The notes under the pieces: generated by a model
Database searches by the model: none
What the model was told of the DNA's origin: nothing
What the model saw: the letters and a program-made list of their open reading frames with translations, nothing else
From: Candidatus Saccharimonadota bacterium
GTDB lineage: Bacteria > Patescibacteriota > Gracilibacteria > Absconditabacterales > Absconditicoccaceae
Length of the DNA stretch: 32,000 nucleotides
Assembly (NCBI GenBank): GCA_000503875.1
Contig: CP006913.1
Coordinates: forward strand, 180,001 to 212,000
Direction of reading: 5' to 3'
In this document: in pieces, positions 1-9,880 of the stretch
Layout: the number at the start of each line of letters is the position of its first letter
How positions within the stretch are numbered: position 1 is the stretch's first letter
Position numbers and translations under genes: made by a program

Positions 1-373
1 GAACAGCAATATTCTCATCTACCTGTTTTTGTTGTTCAAGAAAACTTAATATAAATTTCTCTACATCATAACCATTTGCTAGCGCAAATTTTGTTTCTTG
101 TTTGTTGTTGCCCAAAAGAGTAAAGATGTAGCTATCTCAATTTTTTTGTATTTTAATATCTTTGAGATCTTTTACATTATTTTCATTTAGGGTTAGCAAA
201 AACTGGGCCTCATTGTTTATAAAACTCAATGGGGCAGTGTCTTTTACCTCTGAGATCTGGATTGTCTTACTATCCATTGTGTAATCGATAAATAAAAGTT
301 TCATTACCAAGTATATTCCAAAAAACTTTTCAATCAAAAAAAATCCACCTTTTATATAAAATGGATTTGACAA
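1..373 (-). CDS. hypothetical protein, partial (C-terminus runs off the left edge)
   Basis: ORF-track ORF 137..373 ends at TGA (137-139). With TGA read as Gly the frame stays open to position 2. Start is uncertain: TTG at 373 or an internal ATG. Confidence 0.45.
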
Positions 374-399
374 TTTATTTTTAAATGATTTAATATGTT

Positions 400-993
400 T
401 TAGCTATAAAGTTCGTTTTTTACCTGTAAAATAAATTTTTCACGCTGCTCTTCATCCAAAGATGGAATATCGTATAGTTTATAATGATTTATGACAGCTA
501 TCAAAAAGTCCATAAGAAGTGACGCATCCAAAGGGATATTGTCATGATATTTGATAGATAATTTTTTGATATAATTGATATATCATGTTAAATTCATGGG
601 TTCCTTGGTAAGTAGTTCTTCAAAAACTCAAGAAATTCAGATTTTTTTTGCTTCTTGTATATAAAAAGGAAAAAAGAATCAGATTACTACCAATGTATTT
701 ATTTTTTTTCTCAAATATGTTGTCCCTGTGGAAGGGTGTTTTGTTTTGAAAAAAAGTTCATATAAAAGTGTTATAAGTTTTTCATCTTTTATATTATTTA
801 TAAGAAAAGTAAGAAAACTTGCCAATTTAGCATTAGCTTGTTTATCTTGCTGTATTTGTTGATGAACTTGTTTTGCCTGTTTTGATTCTTCCTGGATTCT
901 TCTAGTAGCTTCTTCGGTTACTTTGTTGATATCTTCTCTAGGTGCTCATCCAATATCTAGTCCTTCTCAAAGGTTTCAAAATTCATTCGCCAT
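400..993 (-). CDS. hypothetical protein (197 aa)
   Basis: ATG at 993..991 and TAA at 402..400, 594 nt. Open only if about 6 in-frame TGA codons are sense. N-terminus reads MANEFGNLGEGLDIGGAPRED. No family recognised. Confidence 0.55.
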
Positions 994-1119
994 GTTTCCT
1001 TTCCTATAAAATAAAATGGCTATAATTATATATGTACCAATAGTTAAATTAGCTTGAAATTCAACACCAATTAAGTATATGATAAAACACTGCTATTTTT
1101 TTGTTGCAAAAAAAATCAA

Positions 1120-1206
1120 GGTGAGGTGGATGAGTGGCCGAAATCAACTCACTGCTAACGAGTCAGACGAGTAATCGTCTCGCGGGTTCGACTCCCGCCC
1201 TCACCG
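1120..1206 (+). tRNA. tRNA-Ser (anticodon GCU), class II with long variable arm
   Basis: Acceptor GGTGAGG/CCTCACC. Anticodon loop CTGCTAA with GCT at 1154-1156. Variable-arm hairpin GACGA-GTAA-TCGTC. T arm GCGGG-TTCGACT-CCCGC. Discriminator G. No encoded CCA. Confidence 0.9.
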
Positions 1207-1226
1207 AGTTGTGTAAACATACAATT

Positions 1227-1440
1227 AGACATGGCACCGCAAACGAAGTGCGTCCAGCTCCGCAGGATAGCTCAGTGATTAAGAGAGCATCTGTTGAGTT
1301 ACGGGAGATAAATAACCTCCCAAACTTATTATTATAGACATGGCACCGCAAACGAAGTGCGTCCAGCTCCGCAGGATAGCTCAGTGATTAAGAGAGCATC
1401 TGTTGAGTTACGGGAGATAACCTCCCAAACTTATTATTAT
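1227..1440 (+). repeat. two tandem tRNA-derived units (1227-1335, 109 nt; 1336-1440, 105 nt)
   Basis: The units are near-identical; the second lacks 4 nt (ataa) in the loop of a GGGAG..CTCCC hairpin. Each begins with agacatggcaccg, the same 13 nt that form the leader plus 5' acceptor strand of the downstream tRNA-Met. Each contains a canonical D-arm string TAGCTCAGT..GAGC but no 3' acceptor strand. Confidence 0.85.
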
Positions 1441-1446
1441 AGACAT

Positions 1447-1520
1447 GGCACCGTAGCTCAGTTGGTTAGAGCGCGCCTCTCATAAGGGCGAGGTCGGCGG
1501 TTCGAATCTGCTCGGTGCTA
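1447..1520 (+). tRNA. tRNA with CAU anticodon (elongator Met, or Ile2 if lysidine-modified)
   Basis: Cloverleaf: GGCACCG / TA / GCTC-AGTTGGTTA-GAGC / CGCCT-CTCATAA-GGGCG / AGGTC / GGCGG-TTCGAAT-CTGCT / CGGTGCT-A. CAT lies at 1481-1483. Pair 1-72 is G-U, so it is not an initiator-type tRNA. Confidence 0.85.
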
Positions 1521-1541
1521 AATTACCTAGAATGCCTGTCG

Positions 1542-1625
1542 CTGACCGAGCCCTTAGTGGTAAACGGCGGCAAAGTCCTATGCGAAATGAAATGAAGTCA
1601 TAGGATTCGAATCTGCTCGGTGATG
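1542..1625 (+). pseudogene. degenerate tRNA-like unit carrying a duplicate of the tRNA-Met T-loop/acceptor 3' end
   Basis: The 17-mer ttcgaatctgctcggtg (1606-1622) repeats 1501-1517 exactly 105 nt downstream. The sequence 5' of the T loop cannot pair as a T stem. A 7-bp hairpin TCCTATG..CATAGGA with a 16-nt loop occupies the middle. Confidence 0.4.
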
Positions 1626-1687
1626 AAATTGAATGTGGTCATCTCATCATTCAAACATAAGTTTTATTTATTTTAATTTGTGAAATT

Positions 1688-1861
1688 ATGGCAAAGAAAA
1701 AAGGAGGAAGAATCATTGTTGCTATGCAATGCAAAGAATGTGGTGCTACAAACTATCAAACAATGATTAACAAAACAGCTACTCCAAAATTGGAACTTAA
1801 AAAGTACTGTAAAAAAGACAAAAAGCACACAACTCATGCATCAAGAGAAAAACTTAAGTAA
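1688..1861 (+). CDS. rpmG: 50S ribosomal protein L33
   Basis: 57 aa: [57 protein letters not shown]. Typical L33 length and CxxC..LELKKYC pattern. Too short for the ORF track. Confidence 0.9.
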   Translation: MAKKKGGRIIVAMQCKECGATNYQTMINKTATPKLELKKYCKKDKKHTTHASREKLK

Positions 1862-1899
1862 TTTTTTCTAACAAACAATTTTATACTTAACACTATTTC

Positions 1900-2196
1900 A
1901 TGTTAAAAATCAGATTATCAAGACAAGGAAGAAAAGGGAGACCTTTCTATAGAGTTGTTCTTACAGAACACACAAAGCCAGTAAAATCTTCTTTTAAAGA
2001 AGTTTTTGGATGGTTTGATCCTCTAGCTCACAAGATGGAAGTAAATGTAGAAATGATAAAATCTTGGATTGCAAAAGGAGCACAATTATCAGAAAGAGTA
2101 GCTAAAATTTTGTTTGCAGAAACAAAAGACGCTATTTTTCAAAAATTCTTCATAGAAAGGACAAGAACAGCAAAAACAAAGAAAGAAGTTAAATAA
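1900..2196 (+). CDS. rpsP: 30S ribosomal protein S16
   Basis: ORF-track protein MLKIRLSRQGRKGRPFYRVVL..FDPL matches the S16 N-terminal signature. Confidence 0.95.
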   Translation: MLKIRLSRQGRKGRPFYRVVLTEHTKPVKSSFKEVFGWFDPLAHKMEVNVEMIKSWIAKGAQLSERVAKILFAETKDAIFQKFFIERTRTAKTKKEVK

Positions 2197-2252
2197 TTTG
2201 TGATTTGCTAATAATTATACCGTATCAGCTTTTACTTAATAACTAAAAAAAG

Positions 2253-2678
2253 GTGGTAGACGCATATAGTTATACTAGTTTAGAAGGTGTAATACTAACG
2301 GTTTTCGCTATTGTTGTAATAGTCGTTTTGGCTGGATGTTTGTATGCATTTTTTCGTGCAATTTTCTTTTTTATCTTTAGTTGATGAAAAGAAGAACAAA
2401 AGAAAAAATGATGGAATTCTATTAGATTTATGGTTATAGGTGTTATCCTTTGTATAGGATTATTAATTAGTTTCCCTTACGTAATCAAATCAATGAATGT
2501 AGAACTTTCAGAAGAATATTCTACCAAACAAGTGTTCAATAAAGCATGAGAATTGTTTAAAAAAATATTTGAAGTAGGATCAATGGTCAAAGACGCTCAA
2601 AAGGAAAATGAATTTCGTGGACAGCTCTATTACGATATTAATAGTGAAACACCAAATGGAGAATGATATGATTTATAA
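2253..2678 (+). CDS. small membrane protein, hypothetical (141 aa)
   Basis: GTG start directly after an in-frame TAA. Two hydrophobic segments. 5 sense TGA codons. TAA at 2676-2678, followed by a terminator hairpin. Confidence 0.5.
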
Positions 2679-2685
2679 GATACCA

Positions 2686-2716
2686 AGAAGCCTTCTTCAC
2701 TAAGAAGGTTTTTTTA
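2686..2716 (+). terminator. rho-independent terminator
   Basis: CCTTCTT-cact-AAGAAGG hairpin (2691-2708) followed by a T7 run. Confidence 0.6.
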
Positions 2717-2793
2717 TCATAAAGATAACAGTTGAAATAACATTGAAAAACATTATACAGAAAAAAACTATTTTTATACTTTACGCATATATT

Positions 2794-3399
2794 ATGTATA
2801 AAAAAGATCTCAAACATCAGGTAATGCTGCTTTTACAAAAGTTTACAAGATTCACTAAACAACAAAAATCTTTTGTATTATATTTGTTTGGACTGACATT
2901 TTTATTAATTTTCTTCCCTATTATTAAAGTAGCTCCTGTTTCTTGACAAGAATATGGAATCTGGATTTTAAATGGGTCATTTTTTACAACAATGATTATA
3001 TTGTTGGCAAGTTTAGGATTCCTTTTGGGATGGAATATGAGTTTTAGATTTAAAACTATGGTTATAAATTCTTTAGGATTTAAAGATAATGATTCTCTTA
3101 TTAATTTTGCATTTATTGCAGTGATAACTACTATTTTCTTTTCTATAGGAAATACAGTTTCTGTAGTAAATAATGTGACAGCAACAATATCTCTTTCCAA
3201 AATTTATTATTTTACTTGGTTATATTTGTTGGCAGGTCTTATATTTATGTTGATTACTATAGTCAAAAAAGCAAAAGAAAATTCATGAAAAACCAAAATA
3301 ATTAACGTTGTTGATGAACAAACATTGAAAGAAATCAGTAATAGAAAGTCTTTGAAATGATTGTTTGATCACGATGGAACTGATAATGATGAAGAATAA
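2794..3399 (+). CDS. multi-pass membrane protein, hypothetical
   Basis: ORF-track pieces 2743..2946 and 2992..3288 share one frame and join through sense TGAs at 2944 and 3286, with another at 3358. TAA at 3397-3399. ATG at 2794; an alternative TTG lies at 2743. Confidence 0.6.
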
Positions 3400-3424
3400 T
3401 ATTTATCTCTTATAGTATAATAGA

Positions 3425-3646
3425 ATGGTATTTGTAAACGAAACATGTATTGGATGTGGTGTATGTGAAAGTATTGCTGAATGAATATTTAAAGTAGAGG
3501 ATGGTATGTCTCACGTAATTAAACAACCAGAAAATGAAGCAGAAAACGCAGCAACAAAAGATGCAATAGGAGCTTGTCCTGTTAATGCAATTCAAGAAGG
3601 AGCACCAATTATAGAAATTGCTTCATCAGAAAAGATGGCGGCATAG
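3425..3646 (+). CDS. small 4Fe-4S ferredoxin
   Basis: 73 aa: MVFVNETCIGCGVCESIAEGIFKV..AIGACPVNAI. Has the CxxCxxC...CP cluster pattern, one sense TGA, and ends at TAG. Confidence 0.8.
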
Positions 3647-3652
3647 ATTAAT

Positions 3653-6600
3653 TTAATAAGAAATTCCCAATTCCAAAGAGTATCCCCATGGATACTTTTT
3701 TTGTTTGTCCCAAAGAACGGCTTTTACGGTATCATCATTGGTAAGATCACTATCAACATCTACAAAAGGACAAGGACATTGTAAGCAAGGTGGGGTTGTT
3801 ACAAACAAACAATCTTTCATATCTTGAGGACAATTTAAACATGTTTCTCCAGCATCTTGTCATCCATTTCCGCAATTAGGTCATCATCATGGAATAATTG
3901 GTCAATCTATATCAGTAATATCTCCTAATCATGGTTGACCTGCAGGAGACCAGTTATTATCACAATATATTTCCAATCACAATTCAGGGCATCCATCATA
4001 ATCAGTAATTCCATTTCGTGATTCTGGAATAAGAGGACAAAGATCTTCCTTATCTGGAAAACTATCACCATCAGTATCTATAATAGGAGCAAGTCGATCA
4101 ATAGAGTCTTTATCAAAAGCTGTTTCCATTGCATCACCAATACCATTTTTATTTTGATCTCATTGATTGGGGTTGGGCATATATGGAGCATTATCTAATG
4201 TACAAATTCCTTTGAAATGTATTTTGAGAAGATCGGTATTGATCAGCGTTTGATTTGGACTTTTCGTAATAGTTGTTAGATAACTACAGTTTTTTGGAAC
4301 ATTTGGATTTATTGTTCCCAAGAGATTATTAATTCCATCGCCATCAATATCCATATCACAGATATCAGGTATACTATCTTTATCCATATCACAAACAAAA
4401 TCTAAGAGTGTTCCATCTAATTTTGATTGAAGACAGAAATCTTGTCCGCCTACAGCTAAAGTTGCTTGCGCAGAAAGCTGAGTACATTGATCCAAAGAAA
4501 GATTTGTTTGAGGATAATACACTCATGGATTCTTATAGATATGTTTATTTTCTAGAGGAAAAACGATACGATTGGAAAGAGGAAATATAGTGGAATTGTT
4601 ATCACCAGCAACAATATTTGCAAAAATAAGATCGGCAAAAGAATCTCCCAAAGGAAGTATTTTAAAAGTAAATGTTTGAAAAGTAGTTAATTCCAACGAA
4701 GAAGGAAGAAGTTGAATTGCATATGAAGAAAACAAATTATTTGATCCTACAAAAAGAGTAATCATATTTTGAAGTCTAGTTCCATCATCAAGAAAAATAG
4801 TTTGAAGAACAACTTTTTTCCCCACAGATTGATAACTATAACGAGTTGTTGTTAGTGTTGTTTCTATCGTTTCTCAGTCACCGAAATCCCATATAATACG
4901 AGAAACAGAAGAAGGAAGAAAATTAGATAATTTTGTTTCAAAAACAACTTCTTCATATTTTTCTGGAAGCAATGTTGAAGGCAATAACATGCTTCAATAT
5001 GCAGTATCTCATACACCAAATGAAAACAAAGTAGCTGCTACAATTTCTCATTTACGAATTGCTTTTATACTAATTGGATATGTTCCTGCTGTAATAAATT
5101 TCTTTTTGAGAACTGGCTTTTCTGTAGTAGCTGTTGCGCTTCAAAAAGTTCGTTCATAAGAATCGTGGTTACCCAATGCAGACAAAGAAAAAGATCATTC
5201 TCCTCAAACTGGAGCAATCAACGAAGTATTTAATGCATATAATCATTGTTTTTCATTGGTATCTCTTCAAACAATAATAGTAGTTTTTGCATAAGCATCA
5301 TTGGTTCATTTTCCTTTGGCAAAAAGGCGAATAGTATAAAGTCATGGACTGAAATAAGTATGAGAAATGCTAGATCATGATCCAATAGATCAATCACCGA
5401 AATCCCATTTAAGATCTGTTACTGGTCATTTACTTAATGCACCAAATGTGATGGTTTTTGGTACGGAACCTTCCATTTTCTGGATAGCAATACTCAAAGA
5501 TAAGTTCGCAGATAATTGTTCGCATGCATCACCAACTCAATTTCAATTAGTATCGGCTTGATCTTTATTGACAATAAATAAACAATTATCGATAGTAGGA
5601 GTCCAAAGCGCAACATTAACATTTCAGTTATCATCTAATATACCTATCGGATTTTTGATACCTTCATTATCAACGTCATCATCACAAACATCACCTATTT
5701 TATCTTTATCATAATCTCTTTGTTGAGGATTGTAGCCAGTTGGACAGCTATCTTGAGCATTATCAATTCCATCACAATCATAATCGTTATTGAAAGAACA
5801 TCCAATCAAACTATTAATTCTAGAAAGAATTTCTACAGCCAATTTTCCGTCAATTAATGTTCCTATATTATATTTTACAGCATCATCTAGGGAAATCATT
5901 TGTTGTCTATAGAGCACATTAAGTTCTGCAACAGGCCAATATCCTTCCTTAATTTTTTCAAAAGGAATCATACCACATTCCTTGAGATTAAACATACAAT
6001 ATTTGAGATAAATATTTAATTCATTTGCATCCTGGAGACTGCATATTTGTTTACCGCATTCTTTAGATCTTTTTTCAATTATTTTGATATCATCTTCACT
6101 AAGATTTTTATAAGCGTAACTTCGAGAATTTAAATCATCTACCCATGCCTCCACAGTATTCCAATTAAGTGAATAAATTGGATACAAATATTTGGCTATC
6201 ATATTGATAATTACTTGCAAAAATTCAGCTTTGGTAGTATTTCTTGTTCCACAAAATTCACCCGCACAGACAGGACTGGTTTCCAAGGGATAACCTCTCA
6301 TATACGTTCTATCCCCAACGTATGCTACACAATAATAATAACTTTTTTTATTGTACGAAGCCTGTCTATATAAAATATCATCAAAATCCCTTCCAGGCTC
6401 TGCAGTAAATTTTTGCCAAAAAAGATTAGTATATCTATTGAGATAATCATTATTTGGAACGATACAATCTTTACATTCTACAGCATTCAATAATCTAGTT
6501 AGCTCATAACGGTTAATTCCTGTATTGGAAAGTATAGAATTAATAGGAATATTCATGTTTAGAAGCTGCTCTACAAAACCAGAAAAATCTGCACGGGCTT

Positions 6601-6664
6601 GTGTTCCTGCATATAATCACAAAAAAGCAACTATACCATAGATAAATATTCTGATTTTTTTCAT
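3653..6664 (-). CDS. large secreted/cell-surface protein with thrombospondin type-3-like Ca-binding repeats (1003 aa)
   Basis: ORF-track pieces 5624..6556, 4523..4825 and 4160..4522 share one frame. I found no in-frame TAA or TAG between 6664 and 3656. Signal peptide MKKIRIFIYGIVAFLGLYAGTQA. Repeated DxDxDGxxDxxDxCP motifs (DYDCDGIDNAQDSCP, DMDIDGDGINN, DTDGDSFPDKEDLCP). Cys-rich C-terminus. Confidence 0.8.
3677..3702 (+). terminator. terminator hairpin for the ferredoxin gene
   Basis: GTATCC-ccat-GGATAC followed by a T run. It lies inside the last codons of the convergent 3653..6664 gene. Confidence 0.45.
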
Positions 6665-6822
6665 GATTTAAGTATACGTTTTTCGGTAGGATTTGTCAAA
6701 TAAAAGTAAGCTATTTTAGCCGAAATATACTCCATTGATGCTAGTATAATATCTTTTGGTATTTTAATAGTTAATTAATATTGATTTATTTGTATAAAAG
6801 TATATAGTATGACAAAAGAAAA

Positions 6823-6872
6823 CTAATGTCAAATAAAACAAATAAAACTAATGTCAAATAAAACAAATAAAA
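6823..6872 (+). repeat. perfect 25-bp tandem duplication
   Basis: ctaatgtcaaataaaacaaataaaa occurs twice (6823-6847 and 6848-6872), duplicating an ATG. Confidence 0.9.
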
Positions 6873-7417
6873 CCATGGAACTTATTAATCTGGACATAAA
6901 GAGATGTCTTATTCACGAATTAGGAACAGAACTCTTTGATTGTATTGTGGGACTTCCTATTGAGGTTAGGTCAGACACAAACCAAAGAACCGGTATTCAG
7001 GTTGTAGCAAGGGAAACCAAAACAAGAAATTTAGTAATGGTATCAGTATATAATCCATCTGAAGCCGCCCATTTCTTTGCTATTGAAAAAACAGTAAGGA
7101 CAGAAACGTATTATTCACAAACATCACAAGAGAGTGCAAATCCAAGTGAAATGAAGTTTGCTGGTAATGTATCTTTCGTGGATAGTTTCGGCCGTGTCAT
7201 CCATGTATCTACTTCCGGTTTAAAAGCTGAAGAAGATACCTTTGTTTCGATAGTGATACTCGCCAGAATTCTTGAAGTATCCGTGAATGATGTAATCCAA
7301 AACATTAAAAAAGAGGCGGAGGTGGAAAATACAGAGCGGAATATAGATGATATTTTACCATCCCAATTTTTTGATCCAAACCATTATCTCTATGCCTTGT
7401 TAAAAGAATATAGATAA
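6851..7417 (+). CDS. hypothetical protein (188 aa; alternative start ATG 6875)
   Basis: Intact ORF under both genetic codes, with no TGA. The weak motif VSTSGLKAEEDTFVS is reminiscent of GlcG/DUF336 proteins, but the call is not secure. Confidence 0.65.
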   Translation: MSNKTNKTMELINLDIKRCLIHELGTELFDCIVGLPIEVRSDTNQRTGIQVVARETKTRNLVMVSVYNPSEAAHFFAIEKTVRTETYYSQTSQESANPSEMKFAGNVSFVDSFGRVIHVSTSGLKAEEDTFVSIVILARILEVSVNDVIQNIKKEAEVENTERNIDDILPSQFFDPNHYLYALLKEYR

Positions 7418-7539
7418 TATTATAGAAAAGAAACATCTTGCGTATATGCAGATGTTTTTTAAAATTTGGAAATTACATAGCATTTTATTGGAAAATGTGT
7501 ATATGTTGGGAAGCTAAAATTTATACTCTATATTTTTCA

Positions 7540-8583
7540 ATGCATAAATTAATAAACCCCAATTATCACGAAATATTAAATGTATATACCAAAGAAAGGC
7601 CAGCATTTCTCTTGCCATTTCTCGAATCAAAAACAATGCAGAGATTATCAGATATATCACAGGCATGTGGAACAGATTATTGTAAATTTTATAATTATAA
7701 ATTTAAACAGTCTCGTTTAGATCATAGTCTTTGAGTTGCCCTAATTATTTGGCATTTTACCAAGGATCAAACACAGACCCTAGCAGGACTATTTCACGAT
7801 GTTTCCCATTCTGTTTTTTCTCATGTAGGAGATTATCTGATGTGAGATACAGAAAATCAAGAATCATCAGAACAACACACAACAAAATTATTGTCCGAAG
7901 ATGAAGTTATTATGAGAGAATTAGAAAAATTATGAATAGCATTGGAAGACGTAGACGATTATACAAAATATACTATTGCAGATAATCCATGACCGAAATT
8001 ATCAGCAGATAGACTAGAGTATACATTAAGTATAGCAATTACACTGTCAACAAAATCTATTGAAGAAATAACAGAAATGTATAATGATCTTCGTGTTCTT
8101 ACCAATGAAAAAGGCGAAGAAGAAATCGGATTTTGAACAAAAGATATCGCAGAGAAATTCGCAATACTATCAATCGCGAATGATGAAGGATGTTATTCAT
8201 GTTATGATAGTGTTGTCGCTCAAAATTTTTTATCAGAAATTCTTCGTTATATGCTGGTGCATAAGATAATTTCTCCTATGCAGTTATATACTCGAACAGA
8301 GTCTGAATTAATTGACAAGATTAACCAAAGTAATGATGCTAAGTTACTAGATATGTGGAACTATTTTACACAGATGTCTCAATATAAAATCTATAGATAT
8401 AAACCAACAACAGACCAATATTTTGTAAGTTCGAAAGTGAAAAGAAGATTTATAGATCCTTTGGTTTGGCTACCAAATTGAAACAAAAGAGTATCAGAAC
8501 TATCAGAAATATTTGTAGATATGAGAGACTATCATCTCAAGAGAAGAGAAGAACGAATCAGAATAAATTATAAATTAGCATAG
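7540..8583 (+). CDS. HD-domain metal-dependent phosphohydrolase
   Basis: RLDHSLGVA...[12 protein letters not shown]...ADRLEY. ORF-track pieces 7438..7734 and 8251..8481 are in one frame and join through 6 sense TGAs. TAG at 8581-8583. Confidence 0.8.
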
Positions 8584-8605
8584 TATTTATCATCAATCAT
8601 CTTGC

Positions 8606-9370
8606 ATGAAATCCTATCCAAATCTTAAACAATATATGCAACCACATAAGGATCAACCCTATCCTGCTTTTCTCGAACATTTGCTCGGGAAGATGGATGA
8701 ACATATCAAACAAAAAGGGAAAATTCTTTTGCTTACTTTGACCAAGAAATCTTCTGAAGAAGTAACTAATTTTCTGGTTTCAAAAGGATACAAAGCATTT
8801 TATCTCCATAGTGAGATTGATACTTTTACGCGTTGGGAGATCATCAAGAAACTGAAAAGCGGAGTCATAGATATTATCGTAGGAGTTAATCTCCTAAGAG
8901 AAGGTATTGATCTCCCCGAAGTCTCGCTTATCGCGATCCTAGACGCTGATAAAGAGGGGTTTCTGAGATCGACAACGTCGTTGATCCAGATTATCTGACG
9001 TGCAGCCAGAAACCCCCTCAGCGAAGTTATCTTATACGCTGACAAATTTACCGAAAGCATCGTAAAGTCCTTGTGGGAAACCTATCGTCGTCGTAAAATT
9101 CAGCACGAACACAACGTGCTCAACAATATCACCCCACAAAAAGCATCATCCAATGTCAAAGAACTTGAATCCGTAAAAACAGATGAAGATCTCACTCAAA
9201 CATTTTCTGCAGATATGTTCAAAAAGAGAAAACTCAAACGTATGACCAAAAAAGAGAAAGAAATAATTCTCAAAGATCTTAAAGTCCAACTAGACGAAGC
9301 AATCAAAGCGTGGGAGTTTGAAAAAGCTGCCGTGATAAGAGATCAGATTAAAGAAATTGATGAAGGATAA
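8606..9370 (+). CDS. uvrB: UvrB C-terminal fragment only (helicase domain 2 plus UVR domain, 254 aa)
   Basis: [87 protein letters not shown] corresponds to about E. coli UvrB residues 420-673. An in-frame TAG sits 9 codons upstream of the ATG. Confidence 0.8.
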
Positions 9371-9386
9371 TTTTTTTACAATAGAA

Positions 9387-9410
9387 AAAGGCTGGAAATC
9401 CAGCCTTGTT
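9387..9410. terminator. bidirectional terminator
   Basis: AGGCTGG-aaat-CCAGCCT hairpin flanked by an A run and T-rich sequence, between convergent genes. Confidence 0.65.
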
Positions 9411-9413
9411 AGT

Positions 9414-9794
9414 TTATTGTTTTTTTTCCAACTTTTTAAGTTGGTCTACATCTCTTCCGGAAAGCCTAAAGACAAGAATAAATTCTGATTTATCGTTGTC
9501 CTTTAAATGACCTTCCAAAGATACAATATTCTTAGAACGATAGCAATTTGTTACGACTCCTTCCAAAGGAGTAGTTTGACCATCAGCGTCGATAAATAAA
9601 GTCAATTGTTCTGTATCTGCTTTAATGTAGATCCCATATTGTTGTATAACATTTAATTGATTATACGATGGACTAATTTTTTTTGTTAATATGGAAACAT
9701 CGTCTAAATTGGTAAAAGCAGGGTTGTTTGTTGTTTGCGCACATGATGCATTTGTAATTATTACAAAAAACATCAAAATCATAGCTGTTCTCAT
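9414..9794 (-). CDS. small secreted or lipoprotein-like protein, hypothetical
   Basis: Signal peptide MRTAMILMFFVIITNASC. TAA stop. No TGA. Confidence 0.65.
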   Translation of the reverse strand: MRTAMILMFFVIITNASCAQTTNNPAFTNLDDVSILTKKISPSYNQLNVIQQYGIYIKADTEQLTLFIDADGQTTPLEGVVTNCYRSKNIVSLEGHLKDNDKSEFILVFRLSGRDVDQLKKLEKKQ

Positions 9795-9880
9795 CTTTTG
9801 TTTGATTTATGTTTGCATATTTATTATAAACAAAAAAATAGAAAAGTCAATAGTAATTTTATTTATAAATTAGTCACTTT

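Noticed and set aside
1227-1440. The two tandem units as functional tRNAs, including the hoped-for tRNA-Gly(UCA) that decodes UGA.
   Set aside because: No 3' acceptor strand complementary to any candidate 5' strand. No 5-bp anticodon stem with a 7-nt loop. The only TCA lies inside the D-loop string. The GGGAG/CTCCC hairpin loop is not a T-loop. The reverse strand also gives no cloverleaf.
1441-1625. A prophage or integrative element inserted at the tRNA-Met 3' end, suggested by the duplicated 17-mer.
   Set aside because: Only 88 bp separate the copies, and no integrase or other mobile-element gene is nearby (rpmG and rpsP follow directly). At most this is a scar. It is reported as part of the repeat-array finding instead.
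3410-3595. ORF-track ORF 3410..3595 (minus strand, Cys-rich).
   Set aside because: It is antisense to the ferredoxin gene. Its Cys-richness mirrors the plus-strand codon content.
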